A stretch of 64,000 nucleotides of DNA from an uncultured bacterium (GCA_902802585.1 CADCMR010000006.1:11468-75467); one strand, 5' to 3'; positions 17,949-27,722 are shown, counted from the stretch's first letter. Notes: generated from the sequence alone by a model not told the origin. Numbers and translations are program-made.

Positions 17949-20498
17949 ATGAGCAAACAACTGGTTATCGTGGAATCCCCCGCGAAAGCGCGCACGATCG
18001 GGCGCATCCTGCCGTCCGAATACATCATCAAGGCATCAATGGGCCATATCCGCGACCTGCCCGAGAATTCGTTCGGCGTGGACATCGAACACAATTTCGC
18101 GCCGCAGTACGAAGAGAGCAAGGCGCGCGGCCACAACCTCGGCGAGCTCAAGACCGCCGCGAAGAACGCGGTCGACATCTATTTGGCGTCGGACCCTGAC
18201 CGCGAAGGGGAAGCTATCGCGTGGCACCTGCAGGAAGTCCTGCGCAAGATCAACAAGAAGGCGCATTTCCACCGCGTCTCCTTCCACGAAATCACCCGCA
18301 GCGCCATCAACCGCGCATTCCAGTCGCCCGGCGAGATCGACATGAACCGCGTGGACGCCCAGCAGGCGCGCCGCGTGCTTGACCGCATCGTCGGCTACCA
18401 GATCAGCCCGCTGCTGTGGTCTCGCATCGAACGCGGCATCAGCGCCGGACGCGTGCAGTCCGTGGCGCTCCGCCTGGTCTGCGAACGCGAACGTGAGATT
18501 CTGGCGTTCATCCCGAAGGAATACTGGGTCTTCGAGGCGCTCTTCCGTCCGGAAGCGGCGCCGGGCCGCTCCTTCCGCGCAAAACTGGCAAAGGTCGACG
18601 GCAAGAACGCCGACGTGCCGGACAAGGAGCAGGCGGAAGCCCTTCGCAAGCTGATCGACGACGCATCCGCATGGCATATCGCCGACCTGGAGACGTCGCC
18701 GCGCCGCAAGTTCGCGCCGCCTCCGTTCATCACCAGCACACTCCAGCAGGCCGCCAGCTCCGCCATGGGGTTCACCGCGAACCAGACCATGCAGACCGCC
18801 CAGCAGCTTTATGAAGGCATCACGCTCGACAACGGACCCGTCGGCCTCATCACCTACATGAGAACCGACGCGGTGAACATCGCCGCCGAAGCCCAGGCCG
18901 CGTGCCGCGCCTACATTGAGGCGACGTTCGGTCAGGACTACGTCCCGCCGAAGCCCAATATCTACAAATCCAAGGCGAACGCGCAGGCTGCGCACGAGGC
19001 GATCCGTCCGACCGACGTCAACCTGACCCCGGACAAGCTCCGTCCGTTCCTGAATCCCGCCCAGTTGAAACTCTACACGCTGATCTGGCGCCGTTTCGTG
19101 GCGTGCCAGATGAACCCGGCGCTGCTTGAGACCACGACCGTCACCGTCGAAAACGCCGCGTCCGCGCCGCATGTCTTCTCGTTCCGCTCCTCCGCGACCG
19201 TGACCAGGTTCCCCGGATTCCTCGCCGTCTACAACGTCAAGGACGAAACGCACACGGCGGAGGATGACCAGGACGAGTCCGCGCCCGATCCCGAACTCCT
19301 CGGCATGCTCCGCACCGGCACGAAGTGCGAACTCGCCGGATGCAAGCCCGAACAAAAATTCACCGAGCCCGCGCCGCGCTACTCCGAAGCCACGCTCATC
19401 AAGGAACTCGAATCCAACGGCATCGGACGTCCGTCCACGTATGCCACGATCGTGAACACCATTCAGGTGCGCAAGTACGTGAACCGCGAGAAGGGCAAGC
19501 TCATCCCGACCGAACTCGGCTTCCGCGTGAACGACTACCTCGTGAAGTCGCTGCCCGAGCTCTTCCAGGTCGGATTCACCGCCGACATGGAAAAGAAACT
19601 CGACAACGTCGAGGACGGCGAGGTCGAATGGACCGCCATGCTCCGCGATTTCTACGGCGTCTTCTCCGACTGGCTCAAGGAGGCGAAATTCGCCGACGCC
19701 CCGGACGACGACAAGGCCGCCGCGCTCATCGGCATCCTTTCCGGATTCCAGGGCTGGGAAAAGCCGGTCGCGCAGCCCGGCGCAAAGCGCCCGTTCAACG
19801 AAAAGACATTCTTCAACTCGGTCGTCTCCAAGAAGCAGTCCGGCGTTCCGGTCACGGTCAAGCAGTGGAACGCCCTCCTCTCCATCGCGGCGAAATACCG
19901 CGACAGACTTCCCGGTCTGGAGAAAGCCGCCGCAAAGTACGGCTTCACCGGCGAGCTGGACGAGGCGCAGGCGAAACTGAACGCGCATCTTCAGGCGATC
20001 CGGGAACGCCAGGCAGAACAGGTCGAAACGCCGAAGTTCGAGGCGGATCCGCGCCTGGAAGCAGTGTTCCAGGCGGCGGAGAAGGTCAAGTGGAACAAGG
20101 CGGAGCGCATCCGCGGACGCGTTTACGACGATGCCGCGTTCGTGGAATCCCTCCGCAAGCAGTACAAGGCTGGCAAGACGCTCAGCGCCAAGCAGATCGC
20201 CGCGCTCGTCCGCGTCATCCGCAAATACCCGGGACAGTTCCCCGAAGGCGACCTCACCGCCGCAGCGCCCGCGCCCGAGCAGAACCCCGCCGCGAAGGCG
20301 CAGATCGACGCCCTGCTGAACGCGTTCAAGTCGTTTGAAAGCTGGAACGAGCCCACGGTCCGCCGCGGACGCACGTTCAGTGACCGCGACTTCATCGCGT
20401 CGCTCGCAAAACAGCACGCATCCGGCAAGGTCCTCAGCGAAAAACAGGTCGCCGCGCTCGAGCGCATGGCCGCCAAGTACAACCTGAAACCGGTATGA
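17949..20498 (+). CDS. topA: DNA topoisomerase I with atypical repeated C-terminal domain
   Basis: LVIVESPAKA, GHIRDLP, DPDREGE, SAGRVQS, ITYMRTD (catalytic Tyr), AHEAIRPT and GIGRPSTY motifs. Confidence 0.97.
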   Translation: MSKQLVIVESPAKARTIGRILPSEYIIKASMGHIRDLPENSFGVDIEHNFAPQYEESKARGHNLGELKTAAKNAVDIYLASDPDREGEAIAWHLQEVLRKINKKAHFHRVSFHEITRSAINRAFQSPGEIDMNRVDAQQARRVLDRIVGYQISPLLWSRIERGISAGRVQSVALRLVCEREREILAFIPKEYWVFEALFRPEAAPGRSFRAKLAKVDGKNADVPDKEQAEALRKLIDDASAWHIADLETSPRRKFAPPPFITSTLQQAASSAMGFTANQTMQTAQQLYEGITLDNGPVGLITYMRTDAVNIAAEAQAACRAYIEATFGQDYVPPKPNIYKSKANAQAAHEAIRPTDVNLTPDKLRPFLNPAQLKLYTLIWRRFVACQMNPALLETTTVTVENAASAPHVFSFRSSATVTRFPGFLAVYNVKDETHTAEDDQDESAPDPELLGMLRTGTKCELAGCKPEQKFTEPAPRYSEATLIKELESNGIGRPSTYATIVNTIQVRKYVNREKGKLIPTELGFRVNDYLVKSLPELFQVGFTADMEKKLDNVEDGEVEWTAMLRDFYGVFSDWLKEAKFADAPDDDKAAALIGILSGFQGWEKPVAQPGAKRPFNEKTFFNSVVSKKQSGVPVTVKQWNALLSIAAKYRDRLPGLEKAAAKYGFTGELDEAQAKLNAHLQAIRERQAEQVETPKFEADPRLEAVFQAAEKVKWNKAERIRGRVYDDAAFVESLRKQYKAGKTLSAKQIAALVRVIRKYPGQFPEGDLTAAAPAPEQNPAAKAQIDALLNAFKSFESWNEPTVRRGRTFSDRDFIASLAKQHASGKVLSEKQVAALERMAAKYNLKPV

Positions 20499-21154
20499 GC
20501 CGTGTCCGCCGCATCAGCCGCACCAGGATAATCGTTCTCTTCTGGACAGCGGCGACCCTGCTCGCCGCACTGGAGGCCGTCCTGGTCGCGAACTGGCTGG
20601 TCGGCAAAACGTCTCCGCGTATTTATTCCTCTGTGGAAGACATCCCGGCACGCGAGATCGGGATGGTCCTCGGCACACCGGAGTTTTCCGGCGGACGCCC
20701 GAGTCCCGTGCTCGCCGGACGGCTTCAGGCGGCGGCGGAACTCTATCACGCGGGCAAGGTGAAGACGCTGGTCGTATCCGGCGCAAGCCGTCCGGAGCAA
20801 TTTTACGACGAGATTTCAGCCATGACGCGGGGGTTGATCGCGCTGGGCGTCCCGGAGGACGCCATCGTCGGTGACGGCAAGGGGCTCCGGACGCTTGACT
20901 CCATTCTCCGCATGAGGGACGTCTTCGGATACGACGACTTCATTTCCGTCTCCCAGCGGGACCACCTCGAACGCGCGCTTTATCTGTCGGACCACCACGG
21001 CATTTCGACGATCGGGTTCGAGTCGGGGATTCAGCCGCCGGGACTATATCCGGATGAATGGCTCGGATCCGCAATCCGCGCGCCGCTGTCCAACGTGAAA
21101 GCGATTCTGGACATCGCGGTCAACCGTCGTGCGAAATACCCGACCGAACGGTAA
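20495..21154 (+). CDS. SanA/YdcF (DUF218) family protein
   Basis: N-terminal TM, GMVLG, RLQAAAELYHAGKV..LVVSG, GLRTLDS and SQRDHLERAL motifs; ATGA overlap with topA. Confidence 0.88.
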   Translation: MSRVRRISRTRIIVLFWTAATLLAALEAVLVANWLVGKTSPRIYSSVEDIPAREIGMVLGTPEFSGGRPSPVLAGRLQAAAELYHAGKVKTLVVSGASRPEQFYDEISAMTRGLIALGVPEDAIVGDGKGLRTLDSILRMRDVFGYDDFISVSQRDHLERALYLSDHHGISTIGFESGIQPPGLYPDEWLGSAIRAPLSNVKAILDIAVNRRAKYPTER

Positions 21155-21181
21155 ACCAGCAAACGGACAAGGAGCGGAAAA

Positions 21182-21907
21182 ATGAATCCTGTTTCCGATA
21201 CGGCATTGATCCTGGCGGCGGGCGGAGCCTCCACCCGGTTCGGCGGCGGCTCCAAGCTCTTCGCGGAACTCGACGGCATTCCGGTTTTCCTGCACGCCGT
21301 CCGCACCGCCGCGTCCGTACTCGCGCCCGGCTCGATCATTTTATCGGTTCCGGCGGCGGGCGAAGCGGATTTCCGCGCCGCCGCGAAAACGCATCTTCCC
21401 GACGTTCAGCTTCATTTCACACATGGCGGAGCGACCCGCACGCTGTCCGTCCTGAACGCCCTCGAAGCCGCCGCGAAACTCGGCGAAACGCGGTTCAAGC
21501 TCGCCGCCGTCCACGATGCCGGACGCCCGATGCTCACGCCGGAACTCCTGCTGGCGTGCCTGGATGCCGCCCGCATCCACGGCGGTGCGATGGCGTGCCG
21601 CAAAGTCGCCGAAACCGTCAAGCGCATCACCCCGGACGGATTCCTCGGCGAGACCGTCCCGCGCGACGAACTCCGCACGGCGGAAACACCGCAGGTCTTC
21701 CGGTTCGATGCTCTCCTGGATGCCTACCGCCGCGCCGCCGCGTCCGGCGAAGTCTTCACCGACGACGCGCAGGTCATGGAACGGTTCGCCCCGGTCCGCG
21801 TGTTCCCGGTCGAACACGAATTCCCGAATCCGAAGATCACATACCGTCCCGACCTGGAGCTGTGCCGCACCCTGCTGCGGCTCCGCCGCGAGGAATCCGG
21901 CGCATGA
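21182..21907 (+). CDS. ispD: 2-C-methyl-D-erythritol 4-phosphate cytidylyltransferase
   Basis: LAAGGASTRFG, GGATR..SV, VHDAGRP, ETPQVF, TDDA and NPKITY motifs. Confidence 0.92.
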   Translation: MNPVSDTALILAAGGASTRFGGGSKLFAELDGIPVFLHAVRTAASVLAPGSIILSVPAAGEADFRAAAKTHLPDVQLHFTHGGATRTLSVLNALEAAAKLGETRFKLAAVHDAGRPMLTPELLLACLDAARIHGGAMACRKVAETVKRITPDGFLGETVPRDELRTAETPQVFRFDALLDAYRRAAASGEVFTDDAQVMERFAPVRVFPVEHEFPNPKITYRPDLELCRTLLRLRREESGA

Positions 21908-23802
21908 AGCCGAAGGCAAAAGCCGCTAAAACCTCCTCCGGCATCCCGCCCGTACGCCGCCGGAACACCCTGTATTTCCCGGTCGTCCTCGCAATTCTAG
22001 CACTTGTCGCCGTTGTGCTCCGCATCGTCATGTCGGTCCAGGTCGTCAACACGGATCCCTTCGCGTACAATCCGCCGGACGTCACGGACATGGCAACGTA
22101 CCACGCGCTTTCACGCGGCATCCTGAACGGCGTTTTCCCGGCGGAGTTTGTCTACCAGCCGTTCTATTATTCGGTCTTTCTCCCGGCGGTGAAATTCCTG
22201 CTCCGCTCCGAATACCTGGGCGTGGGCATCGCACAGTCCGTCTGCGTCGGCGTCATCGTGTGGTTTGCGGGGCTCACCGGGGCGATGCTGAGGTCGCGCA
22301 TGACCGGTCTCGTGGCGGCGGCACTGTGCGCGTTCTCCACGATGCTGTTTTTCTACGTGCCGTACGCGCTGATCGAGATCCAGCAGGCGATGTGGTTCAC
22401 GCTGCTGCTGTATTTCACGCTGCGGGCGATGCGGACCGGGCGCGCGGGTTTCTTCGCGGCGGCGGGTTTGATCCTGTCGTTCGCGATCCTGTCGCGCGGC
22501 AATGCCTGGTGCTTCCTGCCCGCGCTGGGATTCGCGTACTGGACGGCTCTGCGCAGAAAACGCTTTCCCTCGCGCCGCAGAGCCGTTCTGGCGGCGGTTC
22601 TCTGTCTTGCCGCGATTCTGTTGCCCCAGGCGCCTTTTGCCGTCAGAAATACCCTTGCGACGCATTCGCTGTCCGGCCCCTCGACCGCTGGTCCCGCGGT
22701 CCTGACGCTCGGCAACAACCCGGAATCCGCGCCCGGCGGCCTCCCGATCCCGTATCCGCCGACCTACGACGAGTGGATGGACCACGAATCCGAGTATTCC
22801 ATTCCGTGCCGCATCCTAGACTGGTTCCGCGCGGAGCCAATGGCGTTCCTTCAGCTCCAGGCGGAGAAGTTTTTCCTGTTCTTCGATTCGGGCGAAATCC
22901 CGAACAACATCCAGCTGGGCGTGAACGCAAAAGAAAGCGGCGTCTTCCGCTTGTTCGGCTTCGTTCATACCGGGTTTGTCATCGTCCTCGCGCTCGCCGG
23001 GTTCTTCCTGTATTTCCTCCGCCTGAAGTCGCACCCCGGACGCCTTCTGCTGTATCTGTTCCTTTTCCTGTACGCGCTCGCTACCGTGGCGTTTTACGTG
23101 CTGGCGCGTTTCCGCGTGCCTGCCATCCCGTTCTTCGCGGTCGGCGCGGCGCTGTTCGTCATGGACTACATTCGGGCAGTGCTTGGCGGATGCGGGAACA
23201 GACGCCGGATCCTGTTGCGATTCTGTCCGGCGCTGCTCGCGGGCATTTGTTTCACGGTGTTTTTCTATCCGGTTTACAGGGATTCGTACGAACCCGGTCT
23301 GACGAAACTGACGCGGCCGGACGGCGTGCGGCTGGAGACGGCTTCAATACTGCTGGCACATGACAACGGTCCGAACTATCTCGACGGCTGGGCGGCGGCG
23401 AAGCTCGACGGCGCCGTGACGTTCACCAAGACGTTCTCACCCCATAATCTTGACCTGAGCAAATACGCGAAAGCATACGTGACGTTGTCATTTTTCACGG
23501 AACAGCCTCGAGAAATCGAGGTCGTCTGCAACGGCAAACGCGAAACCGTCAATCTGATTCCATACAATCTGTATCGTCTGCCGCTCATCCCGGTCCGACT
23601 CGGACCGTTCCCCGTGCCGGATGACCTGACGTTCACGTTCTCGTTCCCCGGGCTCGCGCCGGACCTGGTCGGACTTGCGGTCGATTTCCACCGCGACTAC
23701 GGACGCACGACGTATCAGGGGAAAGTCTTCCCCGCGGAGGCGGTCGTAAGCATTGAACTTGAAAAGGACGCGCCGCCACAATCCGACGACGCGCCCAAAT
23801 AA
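21904..23802 (+). CDS. GT39/PMT-like (GT-C fold) membrane glycosyltransferase
   Basis: ATG overlapping the ispD stop; DMATYH loop, YQPFY, SRGN, GNNPES and ARFRVP motifs; many TMs. Confidence 0.8.
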   Translation: MKPKAKAAKTSSGIPPVRRRNTLYFPVVLAILALVAVVLRIVMSVQVVNTDPFAYNPPDVTDMATYHALSRGILNGVFPAEFVYQPFYYSVFLPAVKFLLRSEYLGVGIAQSVCVGVIVWFAGLTGAMLRSRMTGLVAAALCAFSTMLFFYVPYALIEIQQAMWFTLLLYFTLRAMRTGRAGFFAAAGLILSFAILSRGNAWCFLPALGFAYWTALRRKRFPSRRRAVLAAVLCLAAILLPQAPFAVRNTLATHSLSGPSTAGPAVLTLGNNPESAPGGLPIPYPPTYDEWMDHESEYSIPCRILDWFRAEPMAFLQLQAEKFFLFFDSGEIPNNIQLGVNAKESGVFRLFGFVHTGFVIVLALAGFFLYFLRLKSHPGRLLLYLFLFLYALATVAFYVLARFRVPAIPFFAVGAALFVMDYIRAVLGGCGNRRRILLRFCPALLAGICFTVFFYPVYRDSYEPGLTKLTRPDGVRLETASILLAHDNGPNYLDGWAAAKLDGAVTFTKTFSPHNLDLSKYAKAYVTLSFFTEQPREIEVVCNGKRETVNLIPYNLYRLPLIPVRLGPFPVPDDLTFTFSFPGLAPDLVGLAVDFHRDYGRTTYQGKVFPAEAVVSIELEKDAPPQSDDAPK

Positions 23803-23810
23803 TCACCATC

Positions 23811-26105
23811 TCAGTTTTTCTCTTTCACGCACATCACGTGGTACACGCCGTCGATGGTTTCGGCGCCCTCGGTGACGTGTTCGAATCCGGGGAACTCGGC
23901 GTCCCACGTTTCGAGCTGGCGCAGATACCGGATCTGCGGGCAGTTTTCGTCGCCGAAGACCTCGCCGGACATCAGCATCGGGATCCCCGGCGGATACGGG
24001 ATCACGGCGTTCGCCGCGACGCGTCCCGCGAGGCTGTGCGACGGGACAGCCTCCACGTCGCCAGTCACGATGCGGCGGTATGCTTCGCGCGGCGTGAGTT
24101 TCTGGCGCGGGAGCTCGTTGAACGCACGATCGAGCATGGCTTCAGGTGTCTTCTCGCGGATGTAGCGGAACATGCGTTCGGAGAGGGTGCGGACGCCGTC
24201 TTTGCCGTAGTGCCTGGGATGCGCGGCGGCGAGCTCGGGGAAGACCTCGGCGACGGGCGCGTTCGCCTCGTAGAGCCGTTTGAAGTTCAGGAGCGTGTTC
24301 AGGAGCGTGCCCCATTTGCCCTTCGTGATGCCCATGGAGAAGAGGAACATGATTTGGAAATCCGTGGTGCGCGTGGGGACAATGCCCTCACGGTACAGGT
24401 AATACGACACGAGCGCCGCCGGAACGCCGTGTTCCTGAACAGTTCCGTCGTCGCCCATGCCGGGCGTGAGGATGCTGACCTTGATGGGGTCAAGCATGAC
24501 CCAGTCTTCCTCAATACCGGAGAACCCGTGCCATGCCGCGCCCTCCTCAATCCGCCAGCAGCGCTGGTCGGTCGCGAGGAGCTCGCGCGGCGCGTCGGCG
24601 AAGGCGTACGCGCGCCCGGTCTTCGGCTCCGTGACCGTGTCGGCGTTCCACGGCCTGAAAAACCAGCTCCCGTCCTTTTCCGCCTGGCGGCAAATGCGCG
24701 CGAGCGCCTGCCGGAAGTCCACCGCCTCCTCAATGACCTCCTGCGTGAGGGAGCGACCGCAGCGCGCCATCATGGCGGCGGAGATGTCGTTCGAGGCGCA
24801 GATGGCGTAGAGCGGCGAGGTGGTGGCATGGAGCATGTACGCCTGGTTGAAGCTTTCGAACGGGACAGGGCGGCGTCCCTCGCGGACGTGGATGTAGGAC
24901 GCCTGCGAAAGGGCGTTCAGGAGCTTGTGCGTGGAGTGCGTGGCAAAGACGGTCGCGCCCTTGTGTCCGGCGGGATCGCCGCGCATGGCGAAATGGTCCG
25001 TGTACATGGGGTTGAAGCGCGCGTAGCCGTACCACGCCTCGTCCATGTGGATCACGTCGACCGACTTGTCAAGCTCGGTCTCGACCTTCGCGCTGTTGTA
25101 GCAGAGGCCGTCGTAGGTGCAGTTCGTGACGACCGCGTAGGCGGGACGCGCGCCCTTCGGCACAATCGTGCTGGCGGCGATCTTCGCGCAGATTGCGTTG
25201 GGCGTCATCTCCGGGCGCAGGATCGGACCGATGATGCCGTAACGGTTGCGCGTCGGGACCATGTAGATCGGGGCCGCTCCGGTGAGGATAAGTCCCTGTT
25301 CGATGGACTTGTGGCAGTTGCGGTCGCAGACCGCCACGTCGGCGTCGGTCAGCATGCCCTGGATCACGGTGCGGTTGCTGCCGGAGGTGCCGACGACCAC
25401 GGAGTACGACCGGTGCGCGCCGAACGTCTTCGCGGCGAGCGCCTCGCTCTTCTCGAACGCGCCCTCGTGATCGAGCAGGGACCCGATGCTGCCGCGTTCG
25501 ATCCCGGTGTCCGTGCGGAAGAGGTTTTCGCCGTAGAAATCGAAGAATTTCTTGCCCTCGGGCGACTTGGTGAAGCCGACTCCGCCCTGGTGGCCGGGCG
25601 CCGCCCAGGAGTACTCGTGGCTGGACTCATTGTAATCCCAGATCGCCCGCATGAGCGGCGGGAGCAGGTTGTCGCGCCAGCGCCGGATCGCGGCTTCGAT
25701 ACGCCCGGCGATGAACCGCGGGCTGTCCTCGAAGATCCAGACGAACTCGTTGGCGAGCGCCATCAGGGATTCGCTGAGGTTGCGGCTGGTCGCGGCGCGA
25801 TCGGCGAGCAGGAAGACCGGAACGCCCGCCTGACGTTCCCGGACGTGCTTCAGGAAATCGAGCGTTCGGCGTTCGGCGGTCTTCCCGAACTCCATGTCGG
25901 TGGCGACGAGGAAAGCGTCGAGGTCCATGTTCGTGGCGGCGACCGGGAACGCCTCGCACACGCTCTGCGCGAACTGGACGGCGATGCTCCGGTCGGCGAG
26001 CGCGTCGGCGAGGCGCATGACGGCGTTGTGCAATGTGGAATCGTTTTCGGAAACAATGTCCTCGACGACGAGGACCTGCCTGAGCTGCAGTTCGGACTTG
26101 TTCAT
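23811..26105 (-). CDS. PLP-dependent Orn/Lys/Arg decarboxylase (probably AdiA-like arginine decarboxylase)
   Basis: Wing domain, APGHQGG, DRNCHKS, TNCTYDG, HMDEAW, PLP lysine in ATHSTHKLL, TTSP and PYPPGIP. Substrate is inferred. Confidence 0.9.
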   Translation of the reverse strand: MNKSELQLRQVLVVEDIVSENDSTLHNAVMRLADALADRSIAVQFAQSVCEAFPVAATNMDLDAFLVATDMEFGKTAERRTLDFLKHVRERQAGVPVFLLADRAATSRNLSESLMALANEFVWIFEDSPRFIAGRIEAAIRRWRDNLLPPLMRAIWDYNESSHEYSWAAPGHQGGVGFTKSPEGKKFFDFYGENLFRTDTGIERGSIGSLLDHEGAFEKSEALAAKTFGAHRSYSVVVGTSGSNRTVIQGMLTDADVAVCDRNCHKSIEQGLILTGAAPIYMVPTRNRYGIIGPILRPEMTPNAICAKIAASTIVPKGARPAYAVVTNCTYDGLCYNSAKVETELDKSVDVIHMDEAWYGYARFNPMYTDHFAMRGDPAGHKGATVFATHSTHKLLNALSQASYIHVREGRRPVPFESFNQAYMLHATTSPLYAICASNDISAAMMARCGRSLTQEVIEEAVDFRQALARICRQAEKDGSWFFRPWNADTVTEPKTGRAYAFADAPRELLATDQRCWRIEEGAAWHGFSGIEEDWVMLDPIKVSILTPGMGDDGTVQEHGVPAALVSYYLYREGIVPTRTTDFQIMFLFSMGITKGKWGTLLNTLLNFKRLYEANAPVAEVFPELAAAHPRHYGKDGVRTLSERMFRYIREKTPEAMLDRAFNELPRQKLTPREAYRRIVTGDVEAVPSHSLAGRVAANAVIPYPPGIPMLMSGEVFGDENCPQIRYLRQLETWDAEFPGFEHVTEGAETIDGVYHVMCVKEKN

Positions 26106-26144
26106 GGTATGTGCCCTCCTTTTTCGGCTTGGATGAACGTGGTG

Positions 26145-27623
26145 TCAGATTTTGATCTTTCCGGTCGCGGCGAGCACGACGGCGATGATCGCGACGACGA
26201 CCATGGCGATCGCGCACACGGCTTCCGTCGGCGTGAACGACGGCTTTTCCTTCAGTGCGCGGTCGGAGGCGTCCTCGCGTGCCTGGGCGCATGCGCGGAT
26301 GTACACCGGGATGCCGAGCACGAGGAAGCAGAACGCCATCAGCAGGTACGTCAGACCGGCGGCGTAGATCATCCAGAGCGCGTACAGCGTGCCGGCGACG
26401 CCGCAGAGCATCGCGAAGGGGCGTTTCACGGGCAGGTTGTTCGGGTATTCCCCGGTCATGCAGAGTTTCCACAGGTACGCCGTACACGCGAGGTAGGGCG
26501 GCAGGATCATCACGGATGTGACCGAGAGCATCGTGTTCCAGGCGTTGTTCTCGAAGTAGACGAAGACCATGGTGAGCTGCATGAGACCGCTGGTGACCCA
26601 GAGCGAGGCGGACGGGCTTTCGTGCGCGTTTTCGCGGCGGAAGAACCTCGGGAACGTACCGTCGAGCGCGGCGGCGTACGGGATCTGCGCGATCATGATC
26701 GTGAACGCCAGCCAGCTCGTCAGGAGCGCGACGATCACGCCGAGGTTCATCACCCAGCCGCCCCACGAACCGACGACTTTCGCCAGGATCGGCGCGGTCG
26801 AAGGGTTCTGCAGCGCGGCAAGATGACCCTGCGACATGTAGCCGAACGGCAGCATGGAGAGCAGGAAATAGATCGTGAGGCACGAGAAGAAGCCGAGCAC
26901 GGTCGCCCGCCCGACGTCGCGCTGGCTTTTCGCCCGACCGGAGATCACTACGGCGCCCTCGATGCCGATGAACGCCCACAGCGTGACGAGCATGGTCGAC
27001 TTGATCTGGGGCAGGATGCCGCCCAGCGGCTTGTCCGCGAGCGCCTTCGAGCACGCGCGCCCCCAGAAGTCGAACTTGAACGTGTCGAACCGGAAAACGA
27101 ACAGCATCACGACGATGAAGAGGACGATCGGGACGAGTTTGCAGACCGTGCCGACCACGTTCAGAAACGCCGCCTGCTTCACGCCGCGCAGCACGAGGAA
27201 GTTCATGAGCCAGATCACGCAGGAGCCGCCGATGATCGACGGGATGTTGTTGCCGTGCGTGAACGTACCGGGGAAGAAATAGTCGAGCGCGTCCATCAGC
27301 AGTACGGCGTACGCCACGTTCCCGAAGACGTTGCAGAGCCAGTAGCACCATGCCATCTGGAATCCGGCGAACCTGCCGAACCCGAGGCGGGCGTAGGCGT
27401 AGATGCCGGCCGTGGCGTCCGGACGCGCGTCGGCGAGGATCCGGAACGTGTTGGCGAGGAAAAAGATGCCGACGCCGGTGATGATCCACGCGACCAGCAC
27501 GGCTCCGGCGCCCGCCCCCTGCGACATGTTCTGCGGCAGGCTGAATATACCGCCGCCCACCATGGCGCTGACGACCAGCGCCGCCAACATCATCACGCCA
27601 AGTTTCTTCGATTGTTCTCCCAT
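26145..27623 (-). CDS. Basic amino acid/polyamine antiporter (ArcD/AaxC-like APC family)
   Basis: VSAMVGGGIFSLPQNM, GIYAYARLGFG and TLWAFIGIEGAVV motifs; about 12 TMs; RBS GGAGG before the ATG at 27623. Confidence 0.92.
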   Translation of the reverse strand: MGEQSKKLGVMMLAALVVSAMVGGGIFSLPQNMSQGAGAGAVLVAWIITGVGIFFLANTFRILADARPDATAGIYAYARLGFGRFAGFQMAWCYWLCNVFGNVAYAVLLMDALDYFFPGTFTHGNNIPSIIGGSCVIWLMNFLVLRGVKQAAFLNVVGTVCKLVPIVLFIVVMLFVFRFDTFKFDFWGRACSKALADKPLGGILPQIKSTMLVTLWAFIGIEGAVVISGRAKSQRDVGRATVLGFFSCLTIYFLLSMLPFGYMSQGHLAALQNPSTAPILAKVVGSWGGWVMNLGVIVALLTSWLAFTIMIAQIPYAAALDGTFPRFFRRENAHESPSASLWVTSGLMQLTMVFVYFENNAWNTMLSVTSVMILPPYLACTAYLWKLCMTGEYPNNLPVKRPFAMLCGVAGTLYALWMIYAAGLTYLLMAFCFLVLGIPVYIRACAQAREDASDRALKEKPSFTPTEAVCAIAMVVVAIIAVVLAATGKIKI

Positions 27624-27722
27624 AAAAGCCCCTCCCGGTTGTGTTTGTTTTTTTGAGCCGGGAAAGGACATGCGGACGCAATCGGATGCGGACGCCCCTC
27701 CCCGGAAGTCCGTTGTCAGATT

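Noticed and set aside
23838-27656. 1272-aa plus-strand ORF, and similar long ORFs such as 141..1742, 14748..17579, 6100..8397, 29776..32097 and 48479..50320
   Set aside because: Antisense or frame shadows of well-supported genes caused by high-GC codon bias; no recognisable motifs.
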